Assembly: GCA_937952265.1 (NCBI GenBank)
Contig: CALFYW010000016.1
Location: 13,086-77,085 of the forward strand
DNA from: an uncultured bacterium
GTDB lineage: Bacteria; Patescibacteriota; Minisyncoccia; Phycocordibacterales; GCA-2401445
Reading direction: 5' to 3'
DNA: 64,000 nucleotides
The notes under the pieces: generated by a model
What the model was told of the DNA's origin: nothing
The model's database searches: none
The model's input: the letters and a program-made list of their open reading frames with translations, nothing else
Translations under genes and position numbers: made by a program
Shown here: positions 18,685 to 27,964 of the stretch, piece by piece
Layout of the letters: every line of letters starts with the position of its first letter
Position numbering within the stretch: the stretch's first letter is position 1

Positions 18685-20445
18685 TACCAACACTGCTTTA
18701 ATGCGACGAACTCCCTGAGAAACAGCCTCCTCTTTTATTATCTGAAATCGGCCCAATTCCCCTGTTCGAGAAACATGCGGACCACCACAAAATTCTTTTG
18801 AGTACGCATTTTCAATCGAGTTGCCAATATAATATACCGTAACCATATCGCCGTACTTTTCATTAAAGAAATGTCGTGCTCCGAGTGCTTCTGCTTCCGC
18901 GCGAGGCAGTGTTATATGCTGAACTGGTAAATCCGCTTCAATCTTTTCATTTATGATTTGAGTGATTTGATTTTTTTCATCTTCATGTAATTTTCGATCA
19001 AATGAGAAATCGAACCGAAGACGCTCTGGTGTAATATTGCTTCCTCGTTGGGCTATGGTATCCCCCAATACATCACGAAGTGCCTGATGCAAAAGATGTG
19101 TCGCGGTGTGGTAGCGCAATGATGCGTCGCTCGTATCTTTAAGTCCACCCTTAAATTTCTTTTCTGCGCCTTGTCGTGATGTTTCTTGATGCTTCTTAAA
19201 CTCCTCCATAAATTCATGAGTATCAACCGAGATACCACGCTCAATCGCCAATTCAAGCGTAAACTCCAAAGGAAAACCGTAGGTAGAAAAGAGGTTGAAA
19301 ATCTCCTTACCAGAAATTGTGTTCTTAGAAATTTTTTCAAACTCTTTTAACCCTTTCTCGAGGGTCTTTCTGAATCGCTCTTCTTCTTGAAGAATTTCTT
19401 TTTCGATACGCGCTTCGGTGAGCTCAAGATTCTCATACGCAGGAGCATATTTTAAAATAACTTCTTTTGCCACCCCATGAAGGGATGCGCCAAGGAGGTC
19501 CGCATGACGAACCGCACGCCGTATGAGCCGACGAAGAATATATCCACGATCAGTATTTGAAGGACTTACCCCATCGGCAACTAAAAATACCGATGCCCGT
19601 ATGTGGTCAGCAATAATTCTTCGTGATTTCTCCTCTCCCTTAGGAATGACCTTTAAAATAGGTTCAAAAAGATCTGTTTCAAAAACTGAATTTTTCTTCT
19701 GTAGAATAGTCGCTACACGCTCAAGACCGGCTCCGGTATCGACATTTTTACTTTGAAGTTCCCCAACGATCTCCCCTCCCCGCTTCTCAAAAGACATAAA
19801 CACATCATTCCAAATCTCGACAATTTTCTGCTCATTATCTGCCTTAATAAATGCGTCATGTGTTAAATCACCCAACCCTTCCGGGGTTAAATCGTAAAAC
19901 ATTTCCGTACTTGGACCAGTGGGCCCTGTCCAGGTGTCCTTACCTTTTACGTTTGGCCACCAATTTGCATCCGAACCTAAATAGTAAATTCGCTCCTCAG
20001 GAATTCCTACCTTCATCCATATTTTCTTCGCCTCCTCATCAGCCGGTACTACTCCATCACCTTTGAAGACCGTAACATAGAGACGTTTTGGATCAAGCCC
20101 GAAACCTTCTTCTTTATCTGTTAAGAGGGTGTAGCTCCATTCAATAGCTTCCTTTTTAAAATAATCACCCAATGACCAATTCCCGAGCATCTCAAAAAAG
20201 GTGAGGTGCGTATTATCTCCAACATCCTCAATATCTCCCGTTCGAATACATTTTTGAACATCGACAATCCGTTTTCCAGCAGGGTGTGGCCGACCCATAA
20301 GGTACGGCACGAGAGGCTGCATTCCTGCAGTAATAAAGAGAACCGAAGGGTCGTTTTCGGGCACCAGTGATGCTGACGGGATAATCGAATGCCCTCGTTT
20401 CTCAAAAAATTTAAGAAAGCGTTTTCGGATTTCATCAGCAGTCAT
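18682..20445 (-). CDS. alaS: Alanyl-tRNA synthetase, short form (catalytic plus editing domains, no C-Ala domain)
   Basis: N-terminus FLKFFEKRGH and GNWSLGDYFK; editing HxxxH (HTATHLLH) and CGGPHV motifs. Only 587 aa. Confidence 0.85.
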   Translation of the reverse strand: MTADEIRKRFLKFFEKRGHSIIPSASLVPENDPSVLFITAGMQPLVPYLMGRPHPAGKRIVDVQKCIRTGDIEDVGDNTHLTFFEMLGNWSLGDYFKKEAIEWSYTLLTDKEEGFGLDPKRLYVTVFKGDGVVPADEEAKKIWMKVGIPEERIYYLGSDANWWPNVKGKDTWTGPTGPSTEMFYDLTPEGLGDLTHDAFIKADNEQKIVEIWNDVFMSFEKRGGEIVGELQSKNVDTGAGLERVATILQKKNSVFETDLFEPILKVIPKGEEKSRRIIADHIRASVFLVADGVSPSNTDRGYILRRLIRRAVRHADLLGASLHGVAKEVILKYAPAYENLELTEARIEKEILQEEERFRKTLEKGLKEFEKISKNTISGKEIFNLFSTYGFPLEFTLELAIERGISVDTHEFMEEFKKHQETSRQGAEKKFKGGLKDTSDASLRYHTATHLLHQALRDVLGDTIAQRGSNITPERLRFDFSFDRKLHEDEKNQITQIINEKIEADLPVQHITLPRAEAEALGARHFFNEKYGDMVTVYYIGNSIENAYSKEFCGGPHVSRTGELGRFQIIKEEAVSQGVRRIKAVLV

Positions 20446-20446
20446 A

Positions 20447-20701
20447 CTATACTAATCCAGCATTAAAGATTTCGATCAAATAGCTTGCGACAAGAAGCAT
20501 AATACCGATAACAATATAGACCTGTTCTCTACGCATTGTTCGTAACACATCTAAATCAATACTCCGTTCTTTAAAAATATGAAAATGTACATTGAATACG
20601 ACTACCGCAATTAAAATATCACCAATAATATTTAAGGTGCTTGCGATAAAAAGCGGGTCCATTGATGAGAGAACGACACTTGCAGTTAGAGCTGTTTCCA
20701 T
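20447..20701 (-). CDS. Small membrane protein
   Basis: 84 aa with two or three TM helices. Confidence 0.3.
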   Translation of the reverse strand: METALTASVVLSSMDPLFIASTLNIIGDILIAVVVFNVHFHIFKERSIDLDVLRTMRREQVYIVIGIMLLVASYLIEIFNAGLV

Positions 20702-20708
20702 AATTTTG

Positions 20709-20978
20709 TTATCGGTTCTTTTTTAATAATACACCTTCAGTAAAGAGCTTTCTTTCTTTTTCTTTTCTGCCTCGATTGTATCCCCCCGCCACCCCATCAG
20801 ACCGAACCACACGATGGCATGGAACTTCAGGATTATAATTTTTATTGAGGATATTGCCAACCGCACGAGAAGCACGCGGATTTCCCGCCCGACGCGCAAC
20901 CTCTTGATAGGTGAGTACCTCCCCTTTCGGAATTTGACTCACGATACTCAATACTTCTTGGGTAAAAGAGTGTACCAT
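20709..20978 (-). CDS. MGMT-family DNA-binding protein (Ogt C-terminal-domain-like)
   Basis: PCHRVV active-site motif and the helix-turn-helix of the methylated-DNA-protein-cysteine methyltransferase C-terminal domain. 89 aa. Confidence 0.7.
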   Translation of the reverse strand: MVHSFTQEVLSIVSQIPKGEVLTYQEVARRAGNPRASRAVGNILNKNYNPEVPCHRVVRSDGVAGGYNRGRKEKERKLFTEGVLLKKNR

Positions 20979-20988
20979 ATTATTTTAT

Positions 20989-21777
20989 TTATCTAGTTGT
21001 TACCTTCTTCATATGGACAGAGAACACGTCACGCACGCCACGACGATATGCACAATAATCGCATTCGCCTCCATGTGTTGGTATTTTTTGAGAATCAAGA
21101 GTTGACCGAGCATTAAGAAGTGTTTCTTCAATCCACGTATCACTCCCAACATAGGAGAGAACCCTAACATCAAATTCAAGTTTTCCATCAAACGCTTCTC
21201 GATCACGAAGCCCATTTGCATATACAAAATATCCGGTATCAGAAACAGTGAATCCGTTTTGTCGCAATAGCCACTGATAAACTTCCATCTGTCGTTTATA
21301 CCCATCCTGCCATGGAGCATCGAGATTCACCTCGCTCTCCTTGCTTGTTGATTTATAATCAACTACCAAAAGATGTTCATTGGGATCAACCCATACATCA
21401 TCTACCGCTCCAAATACAAGAAAATTGGTTTTGGCATGAAGTGCGCGCACTCCTGTAAAATTATGCCTCCATTGCTCTAAATCAGGATGCGTAAATGGAA
21501 TTGCATCAATGCCGTATTGCTCCATCAATGGATGGGTGCTTTTCTGATTCCGATGAATATCAAACTCTTTCTTTAAGAGATGGTCAACCGCACTATTGAG
21601 ATTAAAAGGAAATCCAGGTGGGCGCTTTACCCCCAAACGCAGGTCAAGATAAAAACAACGAGGACACTCAAGAAAAAGATCGATTTTAGATCGACTCAGT
21701 TTGAACGGGTTTTTTGAATCAGGATCAAAAAGATTCCTACTTCGTCGTGCTTGGTAATATTCTGACATAGCAGTCAT
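20989..21777 (-). CDS. PD-(D/E)XK nuclease, Cas4/RecB-like with Cys clusters
   Basis: N-terminal CPRC and C-terminal CDYC; D...VVDYKS (D/ExK) and QMEVY (QxxxY) motifs. Confidence 0.6.
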   Translation of the reverse strand: MTAMSEYYQARRSRNLFDPDSKNPFKLSRSKIDLFLECPRCFYLDLRLGVKRPPGFPFNLNSAVDHLLKKEFDIHRNQKSTHPLMEQYGIDAIPFTHPDLEQWRHNFTGVRALHAKTNFLVFGAVDDVWVDPNEHLLVVDYKSTSKESEVNLDAPWQDGYKRQMEVYQWLLRQNGFTVSDTGYFVYANGLRDREAFDGKLEFDVRVLSYVGSDTWIEETLLNARSTLDSQKIPTHGGECDYCAYRRGVRDVFSVHMKKVTTR

Positions 21778-21834
21778 TATAACACACCGCGCGTTTCTAA
21801 CGCGCGGTGTGTTAATCCCTATCTCATACTCATT

Positions 21835-22083
21835 CTAAAGCGCTCTGCTCAAACGGTTATATAACCAAGAAAAGATTCCACCAAGAATGAGCCCGTCAAT
21901 AAAAGCCCATATTGATCCAACAACTGATCCCAAGAGGGAAGCAGTAAATCCCGGATACAGTCCGCTCAGCGATTCAACGAAGGATGTTCCGATACCTAAA
22001 CTTCCCAGTATGCCAACCAAAAATACTGAAAATCCTGATATGATTCCGCATGAGAGACTAAATGCTTTACTATGCAATTGCAT
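21835..22083 (-). CDS. Small Gly-rich membrane protein
   Basis: 82 aa, three hydrophobic helices. Confidence 0.3.
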   Translation of the reverse strand: MQLHSKAFSLSCGIISGFSVFLVGILGSLGIGTSFVESLSGLYPGFTASLLGSVVGSIWAFIDGLILGGIFSWLYNRLSRAL

Positions 22084-22106
22084 TTGGTGAGTGTTTAAGA
22101 ACTACA

Positions 22107-22724
22107 CTAGAGTGGAAGCCCTGGCCCAGCTCCTGCTTCAGTCGTAAATGAGACTTGATAGGCGCTTCCATTACCAGACAATACTGGAGTATCGATCTTA
22201 TGGTCAAAGTCTTTATCACCATTATCAATAAAAATAGTAGCGTAATTAATTCCTCCTTCAGTGGTTCCGCGAAGCAAATTTACTGAAACATCCGTATGAG
22301 TACCTCCAGGAAGCCAACGCGCACCAAGAATATTTCCAACTCCACCCTGTTCATTCGTTTCTCGTATTGCTACCCAGCTAGCCTCCGCAAGCACCGCGCG
22401 CGCAATTACTACACGATCACCAGGAGCTTGATCATTTACTGATAATGAAAAATCTCCTACTGCTGGTACTGAAGGCGCTGGTACAGGATCAAGTGACACA
22501 TCAAGGCCTCCTTCAATAATTGATGGCGCAACCATTGCACCATTATCTTCACCAATCATCATTGCCCCTCCATCTTCCATACCAGCGGTATTTTCTTCGT
22601 CTGTTCCATTTAATGGATCCGCAGCACCTCTTCCACTTGCCGCAAACCAGCCGATACCAAAACCGATAAGTAAACTAATAATAATGACAAGAACCATTCG
22701 ATTTGTAGAACGTGTATCCTCCAT
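22107..22724 (-). CDS. Secreted/membrane-anchored hypothetical protein
   Basis: N-terminal TM anchor, then a Gly/Asp-rich region. Confidence 0.3.
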   Translation of the reverse strand: MEDTRSTNRMVLVIIISLLIGFGIGWFAASGRGAADPLNGTDEENTAGMEDGGAMMIGEDNGAMVAPSIIEGGLDVSLDPVPAPSVPAVGDFSLSVNDQAPGDRVVIARAVLAEASWVAIRETNEQGGVGNILGARWLPGGTHTDVSVNLLRGTTEGGINYATIFIDNGDKDFDHKIDTPVLSGNGSAYQVSFTTEAGAGPGLPL

Positions 22725-22845
22725 AACCTTCTTTAAAGTTTAATAATGAATAATAAACTACTACTATGTACCACACTATAGTAATGGGATTTACTTTCGA
22801 ATGCAAATGGGTTGACAGACTATATTTTATAATCTATTTTTTTAG

Positions 22846-23292
22846 ATGGACACTATAGAACTTAAAATTATGTTTTCATTACCTGCTCTTCTCATGGTGG
22901 TAAACGGGATTGGAATCGCCGGATCAATTCTATGCTACACACTGATGTGGCCAACTTTTTCGCAACGATGGAATAAAAAAACCTCTCGCAATATACGCTG
23001 GGTGAGTGCTACAATTATTGGCCTCATTACGCTCTCATACACTTCCTTATTAGGATATCGATCGGGCACAGGTTTACCGATTCGAGATGTCCATTTTACA
23101 AACACTGGTGCCTTTTCTGTCATTGGTGAACCAGCTACTTATCAAGATCGATATTATTTCTTTGCACACGATGTGGTAGCAAATCGCATTGTCGCGCTTT
23201 CTTTTAAGGAGTCTCCTCCGAGAGATTTTGCTCCGTACTATGAAAGACCCGCACTAAATCCTGAGTCGATTTCGAATATTTTTACACCATAA
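22846..23292 (+). CDS. Hypothetical membrane protein
   Basis: 148-aa ORF, two or three TM helices. Confidence 0.3.
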   Translation: MDTIELKIMFSLPALLMVVNGIGIAGSILCYTLMWPTFSQRWNKKTSRNIRWVSATIIGLITLSYTSLLGYRSGTGLPIRDVHFTNTGAFSVIGEPATYQDRYYFFAHDVVANRIVALSFKESPPRDFAPYYERPALNPESISNIFTP

Positions 23293-23344
23293 AAATATCT
23301 TCCGTCACATTCATATCCATACCAAAAAGACGGTATGGATTTTT

Positions 23345-24439
23345 TTATGCAATAATACCTCCTCCAAGACACTCTCCGGTATCGGTATAAAAAACTATTG
23401 ATTGACCGGGGGTTGGTAGAGCAATTTCCGAACTCCGAAGAGAAACAGTAGTGGTACTATCTTTAAAATAAATCGTGGAAGAAACCAGTGGCGCACGGTA
23501 TCGTATTCGAGCGAGTGACTGGTATCCATCCTGAGGCGGTATACCCGAAATCCAATTTACTGATTCAATCAAAAACGAGCTCGTACGTTCCTCTTTCTTT
23601 TTAGGAAGAGACGAGACCATGATACGATTAGCGTCAAGATTTTTATTGATCACATAATACGGTTTATCTGAAGGAGTCTTTTTGGTAATGGTAAACCCAT
23701 GTCGCTCTCCTAGCGTATAGAGTTCCGCTCCTTCATGCCACCCAATGACCTCTCCGGATTCATTGCACACTTCTCCAGGAGAAGTAGTAATGAATGTTTT
23801 AAGGAAATCTTTCATGGCCACCTTCCCCACAAAACAAAGACCTTGGCTGTCTTTCTTTTTTGCCGTGAAGAGATTCAGGTTTTGCGCTTTTTTTCGAACC
23901 TCACTTTTTTTCATGTCACCAATTGGAAAGAGTGTTGATCGAAGCTCGTCTTGGGAAAGCTGCCACAAGAAATATGTCTGGTCTTTTTCCTGGTCAGTAC
24001 TTGCTTTTAATACAAAACGTTTCTTTCCTCCTTCAATAGCTACGGCACATTTTGCGTAGTGGCCAGTTGCAACATAGTGAGCGCCATCTCTTTTAGCCCA
24101 CGCAAGAAATGCACCGAACTTAATTTTTTTATTACAAAAAACATCTGGATTAGGAGTACGACCCGCTTTGTATTCCCGAATCATATAATCGACTACTTCC
24201 TTCTTATATACATCAGATAAATCGATGGTTTTAAATGGCACCTCAAGTGCGCTCGCCACCCTCATTGCATCAAGCCGATCCGATTTCCAGGTACAATCTA
24301 GAAAATCGGGTTCCCATATTTTGATAAAAACACCAACTACATCAAAGCCTTGCTCTTTTAAAAGCGCGAGGGAAACTGAGCTATCTACCCCACCAGAAAG
24401 ACCCACATATACCTTTTTATGTTTCTCTTGCTTCGACAT
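23345..24439 (-). CDS. mnmA: tRNA-specific 2-thiouridylase MnmA
   Basis: PP-loop SGGVDSS. Start set at MSKQEK. Confidence 0.85.
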   Translation of the reverse strand: MSKQEKHKKVYVGLSGGVDSSVSLALLKEQGFDVVGVFIKIWEPDFLDCTWKSDRLDAMRVASALEVPFKTIDLSDVYKKEVVDYMIREYKAGRTPNPDVFCNKKIKFGAFLAWAKRDGAHYVATGHYAKCAVAIEGGKKRFVLKASTDQEKDQTYFLWQLSQDELRSTLFPIGDMKKSEVRKKAQNLNLFTAKKKDSQGLCFVGKVAMKDFLKTFITTSPGEVCNESGEVIGWHEGAELYTLGERHGFTITKKTPSDKPYYVINKNLDANRIMVSSLPKKKEERTSSFLIESVNWISGIPPQDGYQSLARIRYRAPLVSSTIYFKDSTTTVSLRSSEIALPTPGQSIVFYTDTGECLGGGIIA

Positions 24440-24475
24440 TATTCCACAGGCTACTATGATTTCTTGAAAAAGCAA

Positions 24476-25477
24476 TTACCGCAAATAACGTGCTTTATTC
24501 TGCACATGCACATCATGCGTTACCGCATAATGCATTGCCCCGCTCAGATCAGAGAGGTAGAAAAGGTACTCTGATGATTCAGGTCGCAGTGCTGCTTGAA
24601 TAGAATCGATACCTGGATTTGCAATAGGTCCAGGAGGGAGACCAGTATATTGGTAGGTATTATATGGAGAATCAAACGCAAGGTCATCATACGTGAGCTC
24701 AAACGTGTTTTTACCTAAAATATAGGGGAATACGGCATCAACCTGCAACGGCATGCCTATTTCAATACGTTTCCAGAGGATCCCTGAAATCATACGTTTG
24801 GTATCATATTCACGCGCCTCTTTCTCAAGAATAGAAGCCATAACAAGAATTTCTTCAAGTGTCCATTGAGAATCTTGTATTTCCTCAAAAACACTTTGAA
24901 TTTTTTGATCAAAATTATGCTCAAGCGCAGCGATAATCTCTGAGGGCGAGCTATTAGGAAGGAAAAAATAAGTATCGGGAAAGAGAAATCCTTCTTTATC
25001 TCTTGCAAGATCCAAGAACTTCTCTTGATTAAATTCCGGAAGCTGCTCGCTTAAAATTGCTCCTATATCATAGACCGTCGCCCCCTCAGGAATAGTCACC
25101 CGAATACTCGACAATCCATACACACCATTACTGACGCGATAGGCGATCCGGACTGCTGAAAGTGGTTTTTCAAAGTAATAGTCTCCAGCAATCACCCCTC
25201 TTCCATCACCAAAGAAACTAACCAGTAAACGAAAGAGAAATGGTGATCGTATCAATTCTTTCTCTGCAAAATGATGCGCGACCCCCGTAATACTCATTCC
25301 ATCTTCAACGGAAGCAAGCTCATACGAAGAGAAAGAAGCCGGAGCACTCACTACCGCTCCCCCAATCAAGGCAAGTCCTAGAAAAACTGAAAGCGTAATA
25401 CGTCGAATCGGTGTCCGAGTACTTTTCTCTACGACACTCAATACAATTTTTAAAAAAGAAGACGCTGTCTGCTTCAT
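24476..25477 (-). CDS. mltG: Endolytic murein transglycosylase MltG (YceG-like)
   Basis: N-terminal TM plus YceG core: LQVDAVFPY, TYQYTGLPPGPIANPG. Confidence 0.8.
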   Translation of the reverse strand: MKQTASSFLKIVLSVVEKSTRTPIRRITLSVFLGLALIGGAVVSAPASFSSYELASVEDGMSITGVAHHFAEKELIRSPFLFRLLVSFFGDGRGVIAGDYYFEKPLSAVRIAYRVSNGVYGLSSIRVTIPEGATVYDIGAILSEQLPEFNQEKFLDLARDKEGFLFPDTYFFLPNSSPSEIIAALEHNFDQKIQSVFEEIQDSQWTLEEILVMASILEKEAREYDTKRMISGILWKRIEIGMPLQVDAVFPYILGKNTFELTYDDLAFDSPYNTYQYTGLPPGPIANPGIDSIQAALRPESSEYLFYLSDLSGAMHYAVTHDVHVQNKARYLR

Positions 25478-25488
25478 AGATAGTATGA

Positions 25489-26817
25489 TTATGATACTGG
25501 AAGATTAGGAGGGGCCTCACCTTTTCGTGACGCAGTTCGCCGTAAGGTTGGAGTTTGCACAATCTCACCAGGAAAGTGATAAATGGTGGCAAGTTCTTCG
25601 GTAGTGAGGATGATAGGTTTTTGATGGAAATACCGGTATGGAGCATGGAAGAAAGAACGCCGCTTATAGGCATCGAGCATCTGCCGTTCAATTTGATTTC
25701 GGCGAACTCGCTTAAAATCCTGCCACGGATAGTCAAAGTCGGTATACCACCCAATTCGAAAGCCATTTAGTGTATTTGAGCTGTACTGTCTGAAAGACCC
25801 GATAAGCCCAGGAATATTAATTGAATTAAAGCTCTCCATCTTTGAAATATAGAATCCCCGTATCGCACATTCAAAAGGGATTTTTTCCAAACTTCGAGTG
25901 ATCGCATCCGCTGTTTTTTTCTCCTCATCAGTCAATACCGGGCTCACTGGTAAATCCCCAATTTTTGTGCTACTCAACTTGGTCTTAGGATCACGAGAAA
26001 GCAATTTACTCACCTCTTTCATGGCACCCTCTTTCCAAAATTTTTTCTTAAAGAGATATCCTTCTTTTATTTTTTCCTCTTTATGCGCTTGAATTAATAT
26101 CTGGATCCATGCTTGCTCCCCTGGTTTAAGTGATCCAAGATACTCAAGCATTGAACTCATTGGCTCAATTTTTAACTCCTCCTTGGGGTCTTTATCAAGA
26201 CCGTAATCGACATAGGTTTTGATTGGATACCAATCAGGCTTCGTTAAGATAAAGTATGTTCCCCACTGCACTTCATGTACTGAATCATGTTTTACATCCC
26301 GAGTATAATCTTCTGCTTCATGAATTTCGACGTTTGGATATTGAGCATAGATTGTAGTTTCAATCATGTGTCGATATTTAGGTTGGGTCCAAATATAAAA
26401 ATGAATGTCTCCTCCAATAGAGACCAACTCAAAAGAAAACCACGGCTTCACCTTGCCACCCCAGTACGTGTCAATATAGGTAGGGCCACCAGTTTGATAG
26501 AGTGTGGTAAATACAAGCTCCATCGCTCGAGGAGAACGCACAATCTCTTGCGGAAGACGGACCTCAAGTAGTATTGAACCTTGTTCTTTAATAAATTGCG
26601 CTCGAATGTACTCCATCCACAGGGACCAAAAGACGAAAAGTAAGGTAATGGGAAGCCAAATTGGTATTAAATCAACAAATAATCCGAGAACTCCCGAGAA
26701 TTGAAACCCTAAGGGATTCCAGAATAACAACCCAACACCAACGAGGAGCCCGAGTGCAAGAAGCATCCACCCGAGCTCATAGAGAAAATCAATAAAAAGA
26801 AACAGTGCGGTTCGCAT
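25489..26817 (-). CDS. Large membrane protein, hypothetical
   Basis: Two N-terminal TM helices, then a 370-aa soluble domain. No known motif. Confidence 0.4.
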   Translation of the reverse strand: MRTALFLFIDFLYELGWMLLALGLLVGVGLLFWNPLGFQFSGVLGLFVDLIPIWLPITLLFVFWSLWMEYIRAQFIKEQGSILLEVRLPQEIVRSPRAMELVFTTLYQTGGPTYIDTYWGGKVKPWFSFELVSIGGDIHFYIWTQPKYRHMIETTIYAQYPNVEIHEAEDYTRDVKHDSVHEVQWGTYFILTKPDWYPIKTYVDYGLDKDPKEELKIEPMSSMLEYLGSLKPGEQAWIQILIQAHKEEKIKEGYLFKKKFWKEGAMKEVSKLLSRDPKTKLSSTKIGDLPVSPVLTDEEKKTADAITRSLEKIPFECAIRGFYISKMESFNSINIPGLIGSFRQYSSNTLNGFRIGWYTDFDYPWQDFKRVRRNQIERQMLDAYKRRSFFHAPYRYFHQKPIILTTEELATIYHFPGEIVQTPTLRRTASRKGEAPPNLPVS

Positions 26818-26877
26818 AGTAACGTACTAACTATACCATAGCTTAAACGCAAAATAGGAGTGGAAACAGGAAGCTAT

Positions 26878-27906
26878 TTACGCTACCATGTATCGCCCAT
26901 CATCGAGTTTTCGAAAATAACGAGTGTTCTGCAAATTAACCAAAATTGTATTTTCTTTAACGTAGCGCTCTTTTAATACACGTTCAATAACTTCATCTCG
27001 ATTAAGGGGGCCAAATTTTTCAAGCACTTGTGCAATAACATCCTTAACTACTCCGCTGGTATGACCCCACTCACGAAGCGCGTAGAGTCCGCGACCCACC
27101 AAGACGAAACGCTTGTCTTTAATAAGTTCATTATGGCATGTTGCAACATGCGCTTTTTTATTAAAAGTGTCTGAAATTGCCTGCGCTACCTCAGTAAAAT
27201 GCATCGGTGATCCATGTCGGCGAATAATCAAAAATGCATAATCACGCATTCGCTTCGCTCGTATATTTGGCGATTTTGCCATCCCCCATTCCCCTAATTC
27301 ATTTTTACCAATATGTTTTGAGAGTGTAAGCCAGCGTTTTGCGATTTCCTCATTGCGATATTTCTCTGAGATATCTTTCATGTGCACAAAAAACTGATCA
27401 ATAATTTTTGATTCTGGAATCAGATCTTCATCCGAAAGACCTTGATAGAGTTTTTTTAATGCCGTATGAATCTTCTCTGCATGTTGTGTATCAATAAACC
27501 ACTGATGCTTAAACTCCCCATCCTCCCGACGGTGCTTGAACGAGTCTCCTACGACCAACAAAAAATGGATGTGGTTCTGAGTGCTCGCATCTTTTGAGAT
27601 CGATAAAAGCAGGTCCTCCTCAGCAATCACTCCTCCGAGTGAATCAATGGTCTTTTCTAATTTTTCAAATGTCTGTTTCTCTTTTTCATATGCAGGAGAT
27701 TTTCGAATGGTGGTGAGCGCATAATTCTCTACTTGGCGTACCCGCTCTCTCGTAATGCCATATTTCTTCCCAATTGCTTCAAGTGTAAAACGTTTGGTGT
27801 CTTTTCCCAAACCAAAACGGCTTACCAATACTTCCCGTGCGCGAGGAGACAACACCGACAAAAGGCGTTTGGTGGAACTCTTGGGGGTGAGGTTCATCTG
27901 TGGCAT
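26878..27906 (-). CDS. DNA-binding protein with sigma-70 region-4-like N-terminus and C-terminal HARE-HTH
   Basis: N-terminus RAREVLVSRFGL ... LEAIGKKYGITRERVRQVE (r4 HTH). C-terminus PMHFTEV ... RFVLVGRGLYALREWG (HARE-HTH signature). Confidence 0.5.
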   Translation of the reverse strand: MPQMNLTPKSSTKRLLSVLSPRAREVLVSRFGLGKDTKRFTLEAIGKKYGITRERVRQVENYALTTIRKSPAYEKEKQTFEKLEKTIDSLGGVIAEEDLLLSISKDASTQNHIHFLLVVGDSFKHRREDGEFKHQWFIDTQHAEKIHTALKKLYQGLSDEDLIPESKIIDQFFVHMKDISEKYRNEEIAKRWLTLSKHIGKNELGEWGMAKSPNIRAKRMRDYAFLIIRRHGSPMHFTEVAQAISDTFNKKAHVATCHNELIKDKRFVLVGRGLYALREWGHTSGVVKDVIAQVLEKFGPLNRDEVIERVLKERYVKENTILVNLQNTRYFRKLDDGRYMVA

Positions 27907-27964
27907 AAAATTACAAATTATTTATGTTGAATAGATAAAACTTTATCATCATAATAATTTTTAG

